Part shown: positions 1-9,850 of the stretch, piece after piece | How positions within the stretch are numbered: position 1 is the first letter of the stretch | Layout of the letters: each line of letters begins with the position of its first letter | Assembly (NCBI GenBank): GCA_938074205.1 | Contig: CALJES010000001.1 | Span: 36,268-100,267, forward strand | Direction: 5' to 3' | Length of the DNA stretch: 64,000 nucleotides | Source of the DNA: an uncultured bacterium | Lineage (GTDB): Bacteria > Armatimonadota > UBA5829 | The notes under the pieces: generated by a model | The model's input: only the letters and a program-made list of their open reading frames with translations | Told to the model about the DNA's origin: nothing | Databases searched by the model: none | Position numbers and translations under genes: made by a program

Positions 1-636
1 GAACCACTGCACGGGGAATGTTTTGTCCGCGCCTTTGCGAGCTTCGGCATCCTTACCACGCCTGAGGATTATCGCCAGGCGGTAACGATAAGCGGGTCCA
101 GTGTCAGAGATTACTTCTTGCGGCTGGGAGGCGATCCTAGCGATTGGGATCGAGTAAAGGGTCTTAAGGACTCTTATTTGGAGCAAATGATAGCAGATCG
201 GGATGTGCTTATGCCGGGAATCAGGAGGTTATTGGACGCACTACGTAGTCACGGCATTAGAACCGCTGTCGCAACATCAGCGCGCCGCCGGTCTCTTGAC
301 ATCATACTGGGTCAATATAGACTGCACGAGTGTTTTGACGCGCTTGTAACAAAAGACGATGCAGGAACGGAAAAGCCTGATCCTCAGTTATATCTCGTTG
401 CTGCGCAGAAACTCAATGTAAACCCTAAAGACTGTGTCGCGATAGAGGATTCTCCTAAAGGTATCACAGCAGCTAGCCGTGCTGGTATGAAATGCATTGC
501 CGTTATTACCCCTTCAACTGCCGATGCCGACCTTTCAATGGCTGACCTGGTGGTCGAATCCTTAGAAGCGATAGACCTAGAAGTGCTTCGCAAGGTTGTG
601 AAATCTAGTCGTCGGAACGGGCCGAGTAATTCCTAG
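1..636 (+). CDS. HAD-superfamily hydrolase (beta-phosphoglucomutase/phosphatase-like), 5' end outside window
   Basis: The frame of ORF 118..636 stays open back to base 1 (EPLHGECFVRAF...). HAD motifs TSARRR, KPDPQLY and EDSPKGITAASRAGMKCIAV are present. Confidence 0.8.
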   Translation, partial: EPLHGECFVRAFASFGILTTPEDYRQAVTISGSSVRDYFLRLGGDPSDWDRVKGLKDSYLEQMIADRDVLMPGIRRLLDALRSHGIRTAVATSARRRSLDIILGQYRLHECFDALVTKDDAGTEKPDPQLYLVAAQKLNVNPKDCVAIEDSPKGITAASRAGMKCIAVITPSTADADLSMADLVVESLEAIDLEVLRKVVKSSRRNGPSNS

Positions 637-667
637 CCGTCCAGTTGGAAACTGCTGATATCAGTCT

Positions 668-958
668 TCACCATAGAAGTTTCTGTGCGATATACCAAAG
701 CACAGCGCTTACGAACAGCGTGGGGATTAGGTAGCTAAGATCGCGGCGGGCCATCTTACGATCCTGCGGAGTACCAAAAAAGAGCAGCAACTCAGTTAGG
801 ATGAGCAAGATCGTCCCGACCATCACGAGCCACGGAGCAAGCGGAATCAGCGAGGGCAAAACGCCGCCCATTCCTGTAACAGCGAGCACTATGCTCCCGA
901 CAACCACAACAAGTATGACACCCGTTATGAGGACAAGCGAAGATATCATTTTAGGCAT
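668..958 (-). CDS. small integral membrane protein, unknown function
   Basis: 96-aa ORF with three hydrophobic spans (LVLITGVILVVVVGSIVLAV, LAPWLVMVGTILLILTELLLFF, LIPTLFVSAVLWYIA). Its start overlaps the stop of the upstream GTPase gene by 8 nt. No family recognised. Confidence 0.4.
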   Translation of the reverse strand: MPKMISSLVLITGVILVVVVGSIVLAVTGMGGVLPSLIPLAPWLVMVGTILLILTELLLFFGTPQDRKMARRDLSYLIPTLFVSAVLWYIAQKLLW

Positions 959-1943
959 GCAACTCCACTATGTATCCGTCCTGCAAGATGTGATCACGTG
1001 CAATCTGCGCGCCGTCTGGGATATCCCTACCCCACGCCTTGGCCATTCTAAGTTTTCGAACAAAGTCTTTGTGAACGGCCGCAGCGAAATCAATAAGCGT
1101 GCTGCCCACTTCGAGGGTAAAAGGCTTCTCTAAATCGGGCGGCTTTCCGGGTTGCTTGGCGTAGACCCTAATGATTCCTAGCGTGTGAAAAAGCGCGCGC
1201 CTTAAATCCTCCAAACCCTCACCGCTGAGTGCTGAGACTTCCTGCACAACAAATCGATCGCCGTACAACTCGATCAGCACACCGACATTTGCCTGCGCAT
1301 CCGGAATATCCACTTTGTTTGCAACAAGCAATGCCCGACGCGAGACTACACCCTGTTCACACACGTCTAACATCTCTTTGTTGCCAATCAGCCTGACGCG
1401 TGATTTCGCAATGTCGCTTACAAGACCTTCAATGTGGTCAAGAACGCATGGATCAGAAGCATCCAACACAATAGCAACGGCATCCGCATTTCTAGCCAGT
1501 GAAATAACCGAACGATCGCCGCCGCCCAGCGTCACCGGAGGTGTATCTATCAACTGAATCATTATGTCTTCGAACTCCATCATCCCGGGCAGCGGAGTAC
1601 GAGTTGTGTAAGGATATTCAGCGATTTCAGGACGGGCAGCAGTTAAACGAGCCAACAAGCTCGATTTCCCTGAATTTGGAGGTCCCACAAGGACTATCTG
1701 TCCGGCACCCTGCCTTGGCACATGGAACTCGTCATAACGTTTTCCGCGCTTGCCCTCCTGTTTTTCCTTGTTTCTGAGCTTGGATAGTCGACTCTTGATA
1801 TCGGCCTGCAGCTTTTCGGTGCCTTTGTGCTTAGGCAAAGTAGCGTACATCTCTTCGAGAGCTGCGATTTTCTCTTCAGTGGTTTTCGCCTCTCGATATT
1901 TTGCCTGAGCAGCTAGAAAGTCGGGCGTCAAGTTTGCAGGCAT
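951..1943 (-). CDS. DRG/Rbg-type GTP-binding protein with C-terminal TGS domain
   Basis: G1 GPPNSGKSS, G3 DTPP, G4 NKVD. The N-terminal helical segment (KLQADIKSRLSKLRNKEK) and C-terminal RVYAKQPGKPPDLEKPFTLEVGSTLIDFAAAVHKDF match the DRG layout rather than Obg, Era or YchF. Confidence 0.8.
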   Translation of the reverse strand: MPANLTPDFLAAQAKYREAKTTEEKIAALEEMYATLPKHKGTEKLQADIKSRLSKLRNKEKQEGKRGKRYDEFHVPRQGAGQIVLVGPPNSGKSSLLARLTAARPEIAEYPYTTRTPLPGMMEFEDIMIQLIDTPPVTLGGGDRSVISLARNADAVAIVLDASDPCVLDHIEGLVSDIAKSRVRLIGNKEMLDVCEQGVVSRRALLVANKVDIPDAQANVGVLIELYGDRFVVQEVSALSGEGLEDLRRALFHTLGIIRVYAKQPGKPPDLEKPFTLEVGSTLIDFAAAVHKDFVRKLRMAKAWGRDIPDGAQIARDHILQDGYIVELHA

Positions 1944-1998
1944 CGATTGCCTCCGGCTCCTGGCGACTGCATATATGCCTAACCCGCTGACAGAAACC

Positions 1999-2766
1999 TC
2001 AGAGCTTCACTTTGATCCCTTTTGATGCCATATATTCCTTGGCTTCACGAATAGTGTACTTGCCGTAATGGAACAACGACGCTACCAACACCGCAGAAGC
2101 CTTGCCTTCAACAACCGCTTGTACCAGGTGATCAAGAGTTCCAGCACCGCCAGAAGCAATTACCGGAATCGAAACAGCACTCGCTATTGCCCGAATCATA
2201 GGTATGTCGTAGCCGGCTTGCGTCCCGTCGGCATCCATGCTGGTCGGAAGTATAGATCCTGCCCCCAGATCCTCACACTGTTTCGCCCACGCGACGGCAT
2301 CTTTGCCTACAGGCGTTCTTCCGCCTTCTACCACGACTTCAAAACCAGACGGCATCTGTGAATTCTTGCGAGTGTCAATGGCGACGGCAATGCGCTCGCT
2401 ACCGAACTCAGCAGCGGCATCCTTGATAATCTGAGGATTCTTGACTGCTGCGGTGTTGATTGAGCATTTTGCCACTCCTAAGTCGAAGAGGTCTCGCATG
2501 TTATCCAGATTCCGAATGCCACCTCCAACTGTCAGCGGAACGTTTATCCGCTCGACCGTCCGACGAACAACGTCCAACAACGTCGTACGACCCTCCACAG
2601 TTGCGGTTATGTCGAGAAGTACTAGTTCGTCGGCGCCATCACTGCAGTATTTCTCGGCAACCTCTGCAGGATCGGCAATGTCACGCAGATTGACAAAGTT
2701 AACGCCCTTGACCAAACGCCCGTCTTTGGTGTCCAGACACGGTATGACCTTGACATAATCTACCAT
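1999..2766 (-). CDS. hisF: imidazole glycerol phosphate synthase, cyclase subunit HisF
   Basis: Full-length match by eye: VIPCLDTKDGRLVKGVNF, GADELVLLDITA, PLTVGGGIR, PVIASGGAG. Confidence 0.95.
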   Translation of the reverse strand: MVDYVKVIPCLDTKDGRLVKGVNFVNLRDIADPAEVAEKYCSDGADELVLLDITATVEGRTTLLDVVRRTVERINVPLTVGGGIRNLDNMRDLFDLGVAKCSINTAAVKNPQIIKDAAAEFGSERIAVAIDTRKNSQMPSGFEVVVEGGRTPVGKDAVAWAKQCEDLGAGSILPTSMDADGTQAGYDIPMIRAIASAVSIPVIASGGAGTLDHLVQAVVEGKASAVLVASLFHYGKYTIREAKEYMASKGIKVKL

Positions 2767-3047
2767 CTAACATCTCCTTGCAGGTTCATCACTGTTTTTA
2801 ATGTTAAATCCTAATCTGCCCTTGTGTCCACTGCCGAAAAATCTCGGGGCACGCTCAACCAGAGCTTCAATACCCTCAGATCAAGCACACACAGTAAGTA
2901 GACCAAGAAGCCGAGTTGCGCAAGCGTCATCCCCGAACCAATCTTGGAATCTGTAACTTACTCCGCGGGTTGCACTTGACCATGGTAACAGATATGTGCT
3001 AATCTGCGACGCACAGCGGCGCCACCGCAGCGAAAGGAGGATAGTGC

Positions 3048-3545
3048 TTGAGAACTTTTGATGACGCCATGGTGGCGGATTTCCTAAAAAGATCATATTT
3101 CGCGGTTGATGGGCTGTGGTTCGTCAAAGCGGAAGAGCGATTCGGCTTCGATGAAGCGATAGCTCTGGACGAAGCTGTCTGGGAGGTAATGAGCAAGATC
3201 CAAGCACGGAAGGCGCGCGCGGCTCTGGGGATCATAGGGAACTCCCTCGAAGATCTGGCGCAGGCATTTTCGCTGAAACTAACTGCCGAAGGATACGATT
3301 ACGATTTCGACATTGACACATCAGCAGCCACATTCACTATTCGCACATGTCCTTGGTACGAAATCCTGAAATCAAGCGGGCGCACGCATATAGCTGAGAC
3401 CATCGCAGAGCGAATATGCAAGCGCGAGTTTGCAGGCTGGATCCGAGAGTTCGAGCAGGATGTGGGAGTGCACTTTGACGGTCGCCTATGCGTGCCGAGC
3501 GAGGAGTGCGACACTTGCCGAGTAGTTTTCAGTCGATCTTCTTAA
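3048..3545 (+). CDS. hypothetical cytosolic protein
   Basis: 165-aa ORF with AGGAGG 7 nt upstream of TTG 3048. Compositionally protein-like (DGLWFVKAEERFGFDEAIALDEAVW). Family not recognised with confidence. Confidence 0.5.
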   Translation: MRTFDDAMVADFLKRSYFAVDGLWFVKAEERFGFDEAIALDEAVWEVMSKIQARKARAALGIIGNSLEDLAQAFSLKLTAEGYDYDFDIDTSAATFTIRTCPWYEILKSSGRTHIAETIAERICKREFAGWIREFEQDVGVHFDGRLCVPSEECDTCRVVFSRSS

Positions 3546-4509
3546 GAGGCCGCGGATGCTCGCCTACGATCCGCTCGAAGTTGGTGTGATATATCATTTC
3601 AAGCACATCAGCAGGCAAGTGAAGCCCGCGTATTATACCGTCCTCTGGCTGCCCCAATAGTTCGTCAGCTCCTTCGGGCACATGAAACTCATCCCCAGTT
3701 TCCAAAAAGCGCTTCACTATTCCCGCGCGATGTGCAGCCTGTTCTAGGTTAAGACAATCCTCGATATCCGTACCGAAGATTATTCGGCGCGAGTAAGTGA
3801 GGAAGAAATCTCGGGACTCATTGGGATTCCTGGATAGGTTGTAGAGTAGCTCTATTCCGGGCGCGAGATCGAAGTGAACGTTTGCGTAGCGATCAAGTAA
3901 GCCCGCTGCCCTGGGCAAGTCATTTGAGAGAAACATGAAGTGCGCAAACGTAACCATTAGCCCAGGGTGGCGTGACAAAACGTTCTCAACTTCAGCAAGA
4001 ATCTCTTCGTAGGAAGGAAACGTCTCGTCGTAGCCCCAACCTTTCTGGGCTGCCCATTTCGGGGTCAGACGCGGCACCCAGAACTCCGGCGGATCTGCAG
4101 CGTGCCATACTATTGGAACGCCTGTCTGCTCCGCGTAGGCGAAAAACGGCTCGAAATAATCGCTGTCGGCGGGAATCCCCAGTGCCTTTCTGCTGTCTGG
4201 CTTAGTTTCGAGAAGCTTAATCCCATCCGCACCTCGGTCGATTAAGACACGCACTTGTTCATCTAGCGGCAGTGCGCTGAATCCCTCTGTAGAACCTGAG
4301 CTACGCGCCGAATGGTCCAGAGCGGCAAATACGTAGAACCGGTCTGGAAATGCTGCTTTTGCCGCAAACGCAGCAGCATTGGAGTTGGAGTCATAATGGA
4401 GGCAAACAATCCCCATTCGCTCAGCGCCGATGTGCCGACATATGGCGGCGAGACTTGCGGCACGTTCCGCACGCCGAAGATGCACGTGTGAGTCGATTAG
4501 CTTGGTCAC
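3529..4509 (-). CDS. amidohydrolase-family (TIM-barrel metal-dependent) hydrolase
   Basis: LIDSHVHL metal-binding start, later HAADPPEF and FGTDIED. Start set at GTG 4509 because the first 34 codons of ORF 3529..4611 are Arg/Pro-rich and unlikely to be coding. Confidence 0.7.
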   Translation of the reverse strand: MTKLIDSHVHLRRAERAASLAAICRHIGAERMGIVCLHYDSNSNAAAFAAKAAFPDRFYVFAALDHSARSSGSTEGFSALPLDEQVRVLIDRGADGIKLLETKPDSRKALGIPADSDYFEPFFAYAEQTGVPIVWHAADPPEFWVPRLTPKWAAQKGWGYDETFPSYEEILAEVENVLSRHPGLMVTFAHFMFLSNDLPRAAGLLDRYANVHFDLAPGIELLYNLSRNPNESRDFFLTYSRRIIFGTDIEDCLNLEQAAHRAGIVKRFLETGDEFHVPEGADELLGQPEDGIIRGLHLPADVLEMIYHTNFERIVGEHPRPLKKID

Positions 4510-4726
4510 TGTGCATTCCCCCCGCAAGGTTTTCTTCGACGGTACTGGCAAATCCTTTGTCCTGGATTGTCTTGGGCGATTGCAGGTGAAATTAGTACGG
4601 GTTGGAGGCAAGCTAGATCCGACTCGTTCAGGTCATCCAACCGACCCCACTCCACTTCTCTCTTCTCGGGCATATTGTTGTGAGTTGTTCGGCAGCGGTG
4701 GTACAATTTTGGTGGTAGGTGAAAAA

Positions 4727-6682
4727 GTGGTGGAGAACAACGCAGCCGCAGAATCGCCAATCGAAGAACTGGAGTGGGCAAACCTGAGTGACAGGTGCCC
4801 GGCGTCTATTCGAGAAAAGCTCGCCCTACTACCTGACTCCCCCGGATGTTATCTCATGAAAAACTCCCAAGGGGAGATCATTTACGTCGGCAAAGCAAAG
4901 TCCCTTCGCAATCGCGTCCGCTCCTATTTTCAACTAGGTGCTGAACACACGCGCCGAATTCGGCGAATGGTATACGAGGTCGCAGACCTTGATTGGATAG
5001 TGACCGACTCCGAACTAGAAGCACTTATTCTCGAATCAAACCTCATCAAGAAATACCGCCCTACCTATAATGTGCGCCTCCGAGATGACAAGAGCTATCC
5101 GTACATTGCCGTCACACTCAGCGAAGAGTGGCCGCGGGTTGTATATATGCGCAAACTGCGTATGATGCCCAAGGAAAAGGACAAGTATTTCGGACCTTAT
5201 ACGGACACAGAAGCGGTCCGCGACACAATGCGACTGATAAGGCGTGTTTTTCGAGTACCCTGCGGGTGGAAACATCCAGAGCAGTCTCGTGGCAAGGCAT
5301 GCATGTACTACCACATCGGTCAGTGCACTGGCGTATGCGTTGGAAAGATTTCCAAAGAAGAATACGTGCGGGTCATCGGAGACGTAATGGAATTTCTCGA
5401 GGGACACACAGACGACCTGGTTAGGCGTCTTACCCAACAAATGGAAGAAGCTGCGGAAAACCTTGAGTTCGAGAAAGCTGCTAGGATTCGAGATCAGATA
5501 AGGTCAATTCAAACTGTGTCGGCAAAGCAGAAAGTCGTGTCGACGTCTCTGGAAGATCAGGATGTGGTGGTGGTTGTATCCGATGAATACAACACGGTGG
5601 CACAGATGTTCTTTGTGCGCGCTGGCAAACTCGTCGGTCAGGAGCACTTCCTGCTTGAGAACGCGAGCGGTGAAGATCTTGCCGAGTGTCTACGCGGGTT
5701 TATTCAGCAGTATTATGACAGAGCAGCATATGTCCCCCGTGAAGTGTTGGTAAGCGAGGAAATCCAAGATGCCCAAGTCTTAGAAGACTGGCTCCGAAAA
5801 AAGCGAGGAAAAAAAGTCGAGTTGATTTGTCCGAAGCGCGGCGAGAAAAAGGCGCTGGTTGACATGGCGAGAAAAAACGCTGAGCTTGTTCTCAAGCAGG
5901 TCAAGCTAAAAATGTCAACAGATGAGCAAGCACGGCTCGAACAACTTGCTGCTCTCCAGCAGGCGATTGGTGCTCCTGCGCTACCACGGCGCATTGAAGC
6001 ATACGACGTTTCTAACATTCAAGGACAGTATACGGTAGCATCCTTGGTGGTATTCGAGGACGGGCAGCCTAACAAGTCGCACTACAGGAAGTTCAAAATT
6101 AAGACCTCCGACGGTACTCCTGACGACTACGCTGCAATGAAAGAAGCTGTACTTCGCAGGCTTACCGGTAGGTTGCGTCAGACGGAAGCATTTGCAGATT
6201 TGCCAGACCTGTTCTTGATTGACGGAGGCAAAGGACAACTCAACGCAGCGCTTGAAGCTCTCAGACAAGGTTGCGAAGATGCCGCGGAGTATGAGCAGAG
6301 CATGGTAATTGGTTTGGCAAAGAAAAACGAGGAAATATACAAACCTGATGATCCGAACCCGATCATACTGCCGAAACACTCGAAAGCGCTGCATTTAATT
6401 CAGCGCGTTCGCGACGAGGCACACCGATTCGCCATAACGTATCACAGAACCGCCCGAGACAAGGCTATGAAGGTGTCCGTGCTTAATTCGATCCCTGGCG
6501 TAGGCCCAAAGCGTCGCCGCGCTCTGATCAGACATTTCGGCTCTGTTGAAGCATTGAGAAACGCTTCCCTGGAAGAAATTCAAGCCGTGCCATCCATCGA
6601 CAAACGCACTGCGCAGCAGGTATACGAGTTTTTCAGTCGATTCAAAGAGGAAGAAGAGCCTACAAACAGACAAGATGAGTAA
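4727..6682 (+). CDS. uvrC: excinuclease ABC subunit C
   Basis: GIY-YIG N-terminus (PGCYLMKNSQGEIIYVGKAKSLRNRVRSYF), UVR motif (EFEKAARIRDQI) and C-terminal HhH pair (IPGVGPKRRRALIRHFGS). The ORF is open from 4430, but GTG 4727 behind AGGTGA gives a normal UvrC length. Confidence 0.9.
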   Translation: MVENNAAAESPIEELEWANLSDRCPASIREKLALLPDSPGCYLMKNSQGEIIYVGKAKSLRNRVRSYFQLGAEHTRRIRRMVYEVADLDWIVTDSELEALILESNLIKKYRPTYNVRLRDDKSYPYIAVTLSEEWPRVVYMRKLRMMPKEKDKYFGPYTDTEAVRDTMRLIRRVFRVPCGWKHPEQSRGKACMYYHIGQCTGVCVGKISKEEYVRVIGDVMEFLEGHTDDLVRRLTQQMEEAAENLEFEKAARIRDQIRSIQTVSAKQKVVSTSLEDQDVVVVVSDEYNTVAQMFFVRAGKLVGQEHFLLENASGEDLAECLRGFIQQYYDRAAYVPREVLVSEEIQDAQVLEDWLRKKRGKKVELICPKRGEKKALVDMARKNAELVLKQVKLKMSTDEQARLEQLAALQQAIGAPALPRRIEAYDVSNIQGQYTVASLVVFEDGQPNKSHYRKFKIKTSDGTPDDYAAMKEAVLRRLTGRLRQTEAFADLPDLFLIDGGKGQLNAALEALRQGCEDAAEYEQSMVIGLAKKNEEIYKPDDPNPIILPKHSKALHLIQRVRDEAHRFAITYHRTARDKAMKVSVLNSIPGVGPKRRRALIRHFGSVEALRNASLEEIQAVPSIDKRTAQQVYEFFSRFKEEEEPTNRQDE

Positions 6683-7262
6683 TCTTCGATCGAATTCAGA
6701 CCACGAACCCATCTACTATGGTGTCGTCGACACGAAGCTCGGCTCGATAGGATTGATAGGACGTGGACCGAAGCTCTTTCGTTTGCTCAAGCCCGCAGAA
6801 TCCAAGAAATCCGCGCTCGAAAACATAAAGAGCGTACTGCTCGAACCAGCACTGGAAGACCTGGGGGCCTTTGGTGATTTACCAGAAAGGCTGCAGCATT
6901 ATTTCGAGGGAAATCGTACATGCTTTGATAACATTGCGATTGATTTGAGGGAGTACAGAGATTTCCAGGTAAAAATCATACTAGCCGCCAGGAGGATACC
7001 TTATGGCTCAGTGGTAACATACAGTGAGCTGGCTCGAATGGCAGGATTTGAAAAAGCGGCACGGGCAGCGGGTCAGGCAATGGCAAGAAACAGAACACCG
7101 ATAATAGTACCGTGCCACCGAGTCGTACGCGCTGACGGATGTCCAGGCGGTTTTGCCTGGGGAAGTCAATGGAAGATGACACTGCTTGAACTTGAGTGTT
7201 CATCACAATTACAAATAGACAAGCAGGTTGAAATAAGAAGTCAGTTGGACTCATATTTATAG
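6675..7262 (+). CDS. ogt: methylated-DNA--protein-cysteine methyltransferase
   Basis: Active-site PCHRVV (IIVPCHRVVRADG) and upstream YSELARMAG helix. 8-nt overlap with the uvrC stop. Confidence 0.9.
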   Translation: MSNLRSNSDHEPIYYGVVDTKLGSIGLIGRGPKLFRLLKPAESKKSALENIKSVLLEPALEDLGAFGDLPERLQHYFEGNRTCFDNIAIDLREYRDFQVKIILAARRIPYGSVVTYSELARMAGFEKAARAAGQAMARNRTPIIVPCHRVVRADGCPGGFAWGSQWKMTLLELECSSQLQIDKQVEIRSQLDSYL

Positions 7263-7273
7263 GCGATTGCTCT

Positions 7274-7630
7274 ATGCTGAAACGTTGGTTGCTGCACTGG
7301 TTGACAGGGTTCGTGGCCGTTTGGATTGCCGCCTGGCTCGCGAAGCGAATAGGGCTGCTACTAGGATGGCCCAACGTTTGGCGGATGGTGATCTTTGTGC
7401 CTGTCTTAGGATGCGTAAACTCGTTGATCGGACCGTTTCTCAGGATGATTTCACTTCCGATAACCTGCTTGACGTTTGGGCTTTTCGGGTTCGTAGTAAA
7501 CGCACTGGTTTTCTGGTTGGCAGGCATTCTCACAGGAGCCGTAATGAACTTCTGGAGCGCTCTTTTTGGATCGATAGTGGTAACATTCGCCGGCGGAATT
7601 ATCAGTAGGCTGATTAAGGAAATCTCTTGA
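7274..7630 (+). CDS. DUF360-type four-TM membrane protein (annotated elsewhere as phage holin family 4_2)
   Basis: 118 aa with four hydrophobic spans. GFVVNALVFWLAGIL is typical of this family. Confidence 0.65.
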   Translation: MLKRWLLHWLTGFVAVWIAAWLAKRIGLLLGWPNVWRMVIFVPVLGCVNSLIGPFLRMISLPITCLTFGLFGFVVNALVFWLAGILTGAVMNFWSALFGSIVVTFAGGIISRLIKEIS

Positions 7631-8544
7631 GCAAGGATAGGAAACAACTGGTCATTATCACAGGCATGTCCGGGTCCGGAAAGTCAATGGCAATCAACAC
7701 TTTCGAAGACCTGGAGTTTTTCTGCATTGATAACTTACCGCCAAAATTGATCCCACAGACAATAGATCTTTGGTCTCCCCCGAACCAGGTTCAGAACGTC
7801 GCGATAGTAGCAGACGTTCGAGCCGGTCAGTTCTTCGATGATTTGCTGGAAGTGTGCAGATCACTGCGGGAAAGTAATCTGGAACATTTCCAGAGACCTG
7901 TTGTGCTGTTCTTGGACGCCTCGGATTCTGAGCTGATCAAGCGTTTCAAGGAAACGCGCCGCAAGCACCCGCTGGTCACTAGCGAACGTGGAATAAACGA
8001 AGCTATCCAACTGGAACGCAGTATGCTCGAGGACCTTAAGGAAAATGCCGACAAGATAATCGACACCACCAACTTGGAACCGGAAAACCTACGGCACTTG
8101 ATACGGGAATTCTTTGGCCCCGAGAAAACACAAGACCGCTTGATGATAGCAGTGGTCTCATTCGGTTTTAAGCACGGAGTTCCGCTGGATGCAGATCTCG
8201 TGTTTGACGTTCGTTTTCTGGCGAACCCGTTCTGGGTTCCCAATCTGAGGAATTTGAACGGAACTCATCCGGAAGTAGTACGGTACGTCCTCTCGGATCC
8301 TCTCACAGAACTTCTTCTCGAAAAGCTCTTTGACCTCACAGAATTTGCTATCCCACAGTACATTCGGGAAGGCAAGGCGTATCTCACCATTGCCATTGGG
8401 TGCACTGGTGGAAAGCATAGATCGGTTGTAATTGCCAACGAACTTGCGCGTTTCCTCGCCAGCCGGAATTACGTTGTTAGAGTAGAGCACAGAGATTTGC
8501 ATCAGGCGAGAGGACAGACAGATGCGCGTCCAACAACTATTTAG
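7627..8544 (+). CDS. rapZ: RNase adapter protein RapZ
   Basis: Walker A GMSGSGKS, FCIDNLP, C-terminal GCTGGKHRSV. The TTG start overlaps the upstream stop by 4 nt. Confidence 0.9.
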   Translation: MSKDRKQLVIITGMSGSGKSMAINTFEDLEFFCIDNLPPKLIPQTIDLWSPPNQVQNVAIVADVRAGQFFDDLLEVCRSLRESNLEHFQRPVVLFLDASDSELIKRFKETRRKHPLVTSERGINEAIQLERSMLEDLKENADKIIDTTNLEPENLRHLIREFFGPEKTQDRLMIAVVSFGFKHGVPLDADLVFDVRFLANPFWVPNLRNLNGTHPEVVRYVLSDPLTELLLEKLFDLTEFAIPQYIREGKAYLTIAIGCTGGKHRSVVIANELARFLASRNYVVRVEHRDLHQARGQTDARPTTI

Positions 8545-9823
8545 CAGTCTGAAATGGCTCTACCCGGGCATGCGGGTGAAACGCTGGCTTGTGCTGATCC
8601 CTATCGGACTCGCTTTTTCCATCGGGGGGGTAGTGCTGCTTGCTAATATCAGAATAGTCGACGTCCTGGGCACTGTGGGACGCGAAGCCTTTAGACTCTT
8701 TGGGCTTGATCTTACAAGACCTGCAGTGCAGATCCCCACAGGCATCGGACTTATAATTCTTGGGATTCTGCTGGTTTTCGTCAGCCTCAGACAAGTCGTT
8801 CGCTCGATAACGAGCGTGGTAAGTCCTGAAGCCCAAGGTAAACTTGCCGACGTCGTGTTTCAACGCCGATACCTAGCTCAAGGTGAACGGATTGTGGTGG
8901 TCGGCGGAGGCACGGGTCTTTCCACGATGCTGCGCGGTTTGAAGAAACACACTTCCAACATTGTGGCGGTGGTAACCGTTACAGACGATGGCGGTTCGTC
9001 TGGACGTCTGCAGCGTGAAATGGGCGTGCTGCCCCCGGGTGATATTCGGAACTGCCTGGTAGCACTCGCCGACGCAGAACCCATGATGACTAAACTGCTT
9101 CAGTACAGATTTGGGGATGAGACGGGAGGGTTGAGTGGTCACTCATTTGGTAACTTGCTGATTGCGGCAATGACCCAGATAACCGGAGACTTCGAGAAAG
9201 CCGTAAAGGAGACTTCCAGCATTCTTGCTATTCGAGGCCGAGTGCTGCCTTCCACTTTGGACAACGTGAAGCTCCAAGCAGAAATGACGGACGGAACTAT
9301 CGTGGAAGGCGAGACGAACATTACCAAGTCTACAGCTGCGATAAACCGTGTTATGCTAAACCCGCCGGATGTTAAACCTTTGGACGAAGCTCTGCGAGCC
9401 ATAGAGTTAGCTGACTGTATTGTCATTGGGCCCGGGAGCGTTTATACGAGCATTATTCCAAATCTTCTAGTGCGTGGCATACCGGAGGCTATTCACGAGT
9501 CGGACGCTGTAAAGGTCTATGTGTGCAATGTTATGACTCAGCCCGGGGAGACTGATGGCTATCGGGCATCAGACCACGTGAAAGCTGTTGCGAGTCACGC
9601 AAGGTGCCGAGTGTTTGACTATGTTTTGATTAACCAAGAAAAGCCTACGCAGGATTTGCTAGAGAAGTACGAGGCGGAGAAACAATACTTCGTTGAGCCC
9701 GATGCCGCGGCGGTACGAGAAATGGGCTATAGACCTGTAGTGGGCAACTACATAAGCCAGACGGACGTGGTTCGACATGACCCCGATAAGCTGGCTGAAG
9801 CGATACTCAAACTGGTATACTGA
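8522..9823 (+). CDS. yvcK: YvcK-family gluconeogenesis factor (UPF0052/CofD-like) with N-terminal membrane anchor
   Basis: VVVGGGTGLSTMLRGLK, VTDDGGSSGRLQ, GPGSVYTSIIPNLL. An extra ~110 N-terminal residues contain two TM spans. Confidence 0.9.
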   Translation: MRVQQLFSSLKWLYPGMRVKRWLVLIPIGLAFSIGGVVLLANIRIVDVLGTVGREAFRLFGLDLTRPAVQIPTGIGLIILGILLVFVSLRQVVRSITSVVSPEAQGKLADVVFQRRYLAQGERIVVVGGGTGLSTMLRGLKKHTSNIVAVVTVTDDGGSSGRLQREMGVLPPGDIRNCLVALADAEPMMTKLLQYRFGDETGGLSGHSFGNLLIAAMTQITGDFEKAVKETSSILAIRGRVLPSTLDNVKLQAEMTDGTIVEGETNITKSTAAINRVMLNPPDVKPLDEALRAIELADCIVIGPGSVYTSIIPNLLVRGIPEAIHESDAVKVYVCNVMTQPGETDGYRASDHVKAVASHARCRVFDYVLINQEKPTQDLLEKYEAEKQYFVEPDAAAVREMGYRPVVGNYISQTDVVRHDPDKLAEAILKLVY

Positions 9824-9850
9824 ACCCTGCACGACTTGTATTCGAGAAAG

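Noticed and set aside
1999-2766. Solitary hisF (and solitary hisJ-type phosphatase about 19 kb away) as evidence of an unusual his system
   Set aside because: Dispersed histidine-biosynthesis genes are known in several lineages, and both proteins look canonical. This is noted as a genome-organisation trait only.
4430-4726. 99-codon N-terminal extension of the uvrC ORF, and the matching extension of the amidohydrolase ORF to 4611
   Set aside because: The two extensions overlap each other on opposite strands and are Arg/Cys-rich. Both precede the conserved N-termini (GIY-YIG; LIDSHVH). Internal GTG starts with better context exist at 4727 and 4509.
6976-7647. 223-aa minus-strand ORF
   Set aside because: It is antisense to the ogt 3' end and the DUF360 gene. 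It has low-complexity Pro/Ser/Thr composition and no start context.
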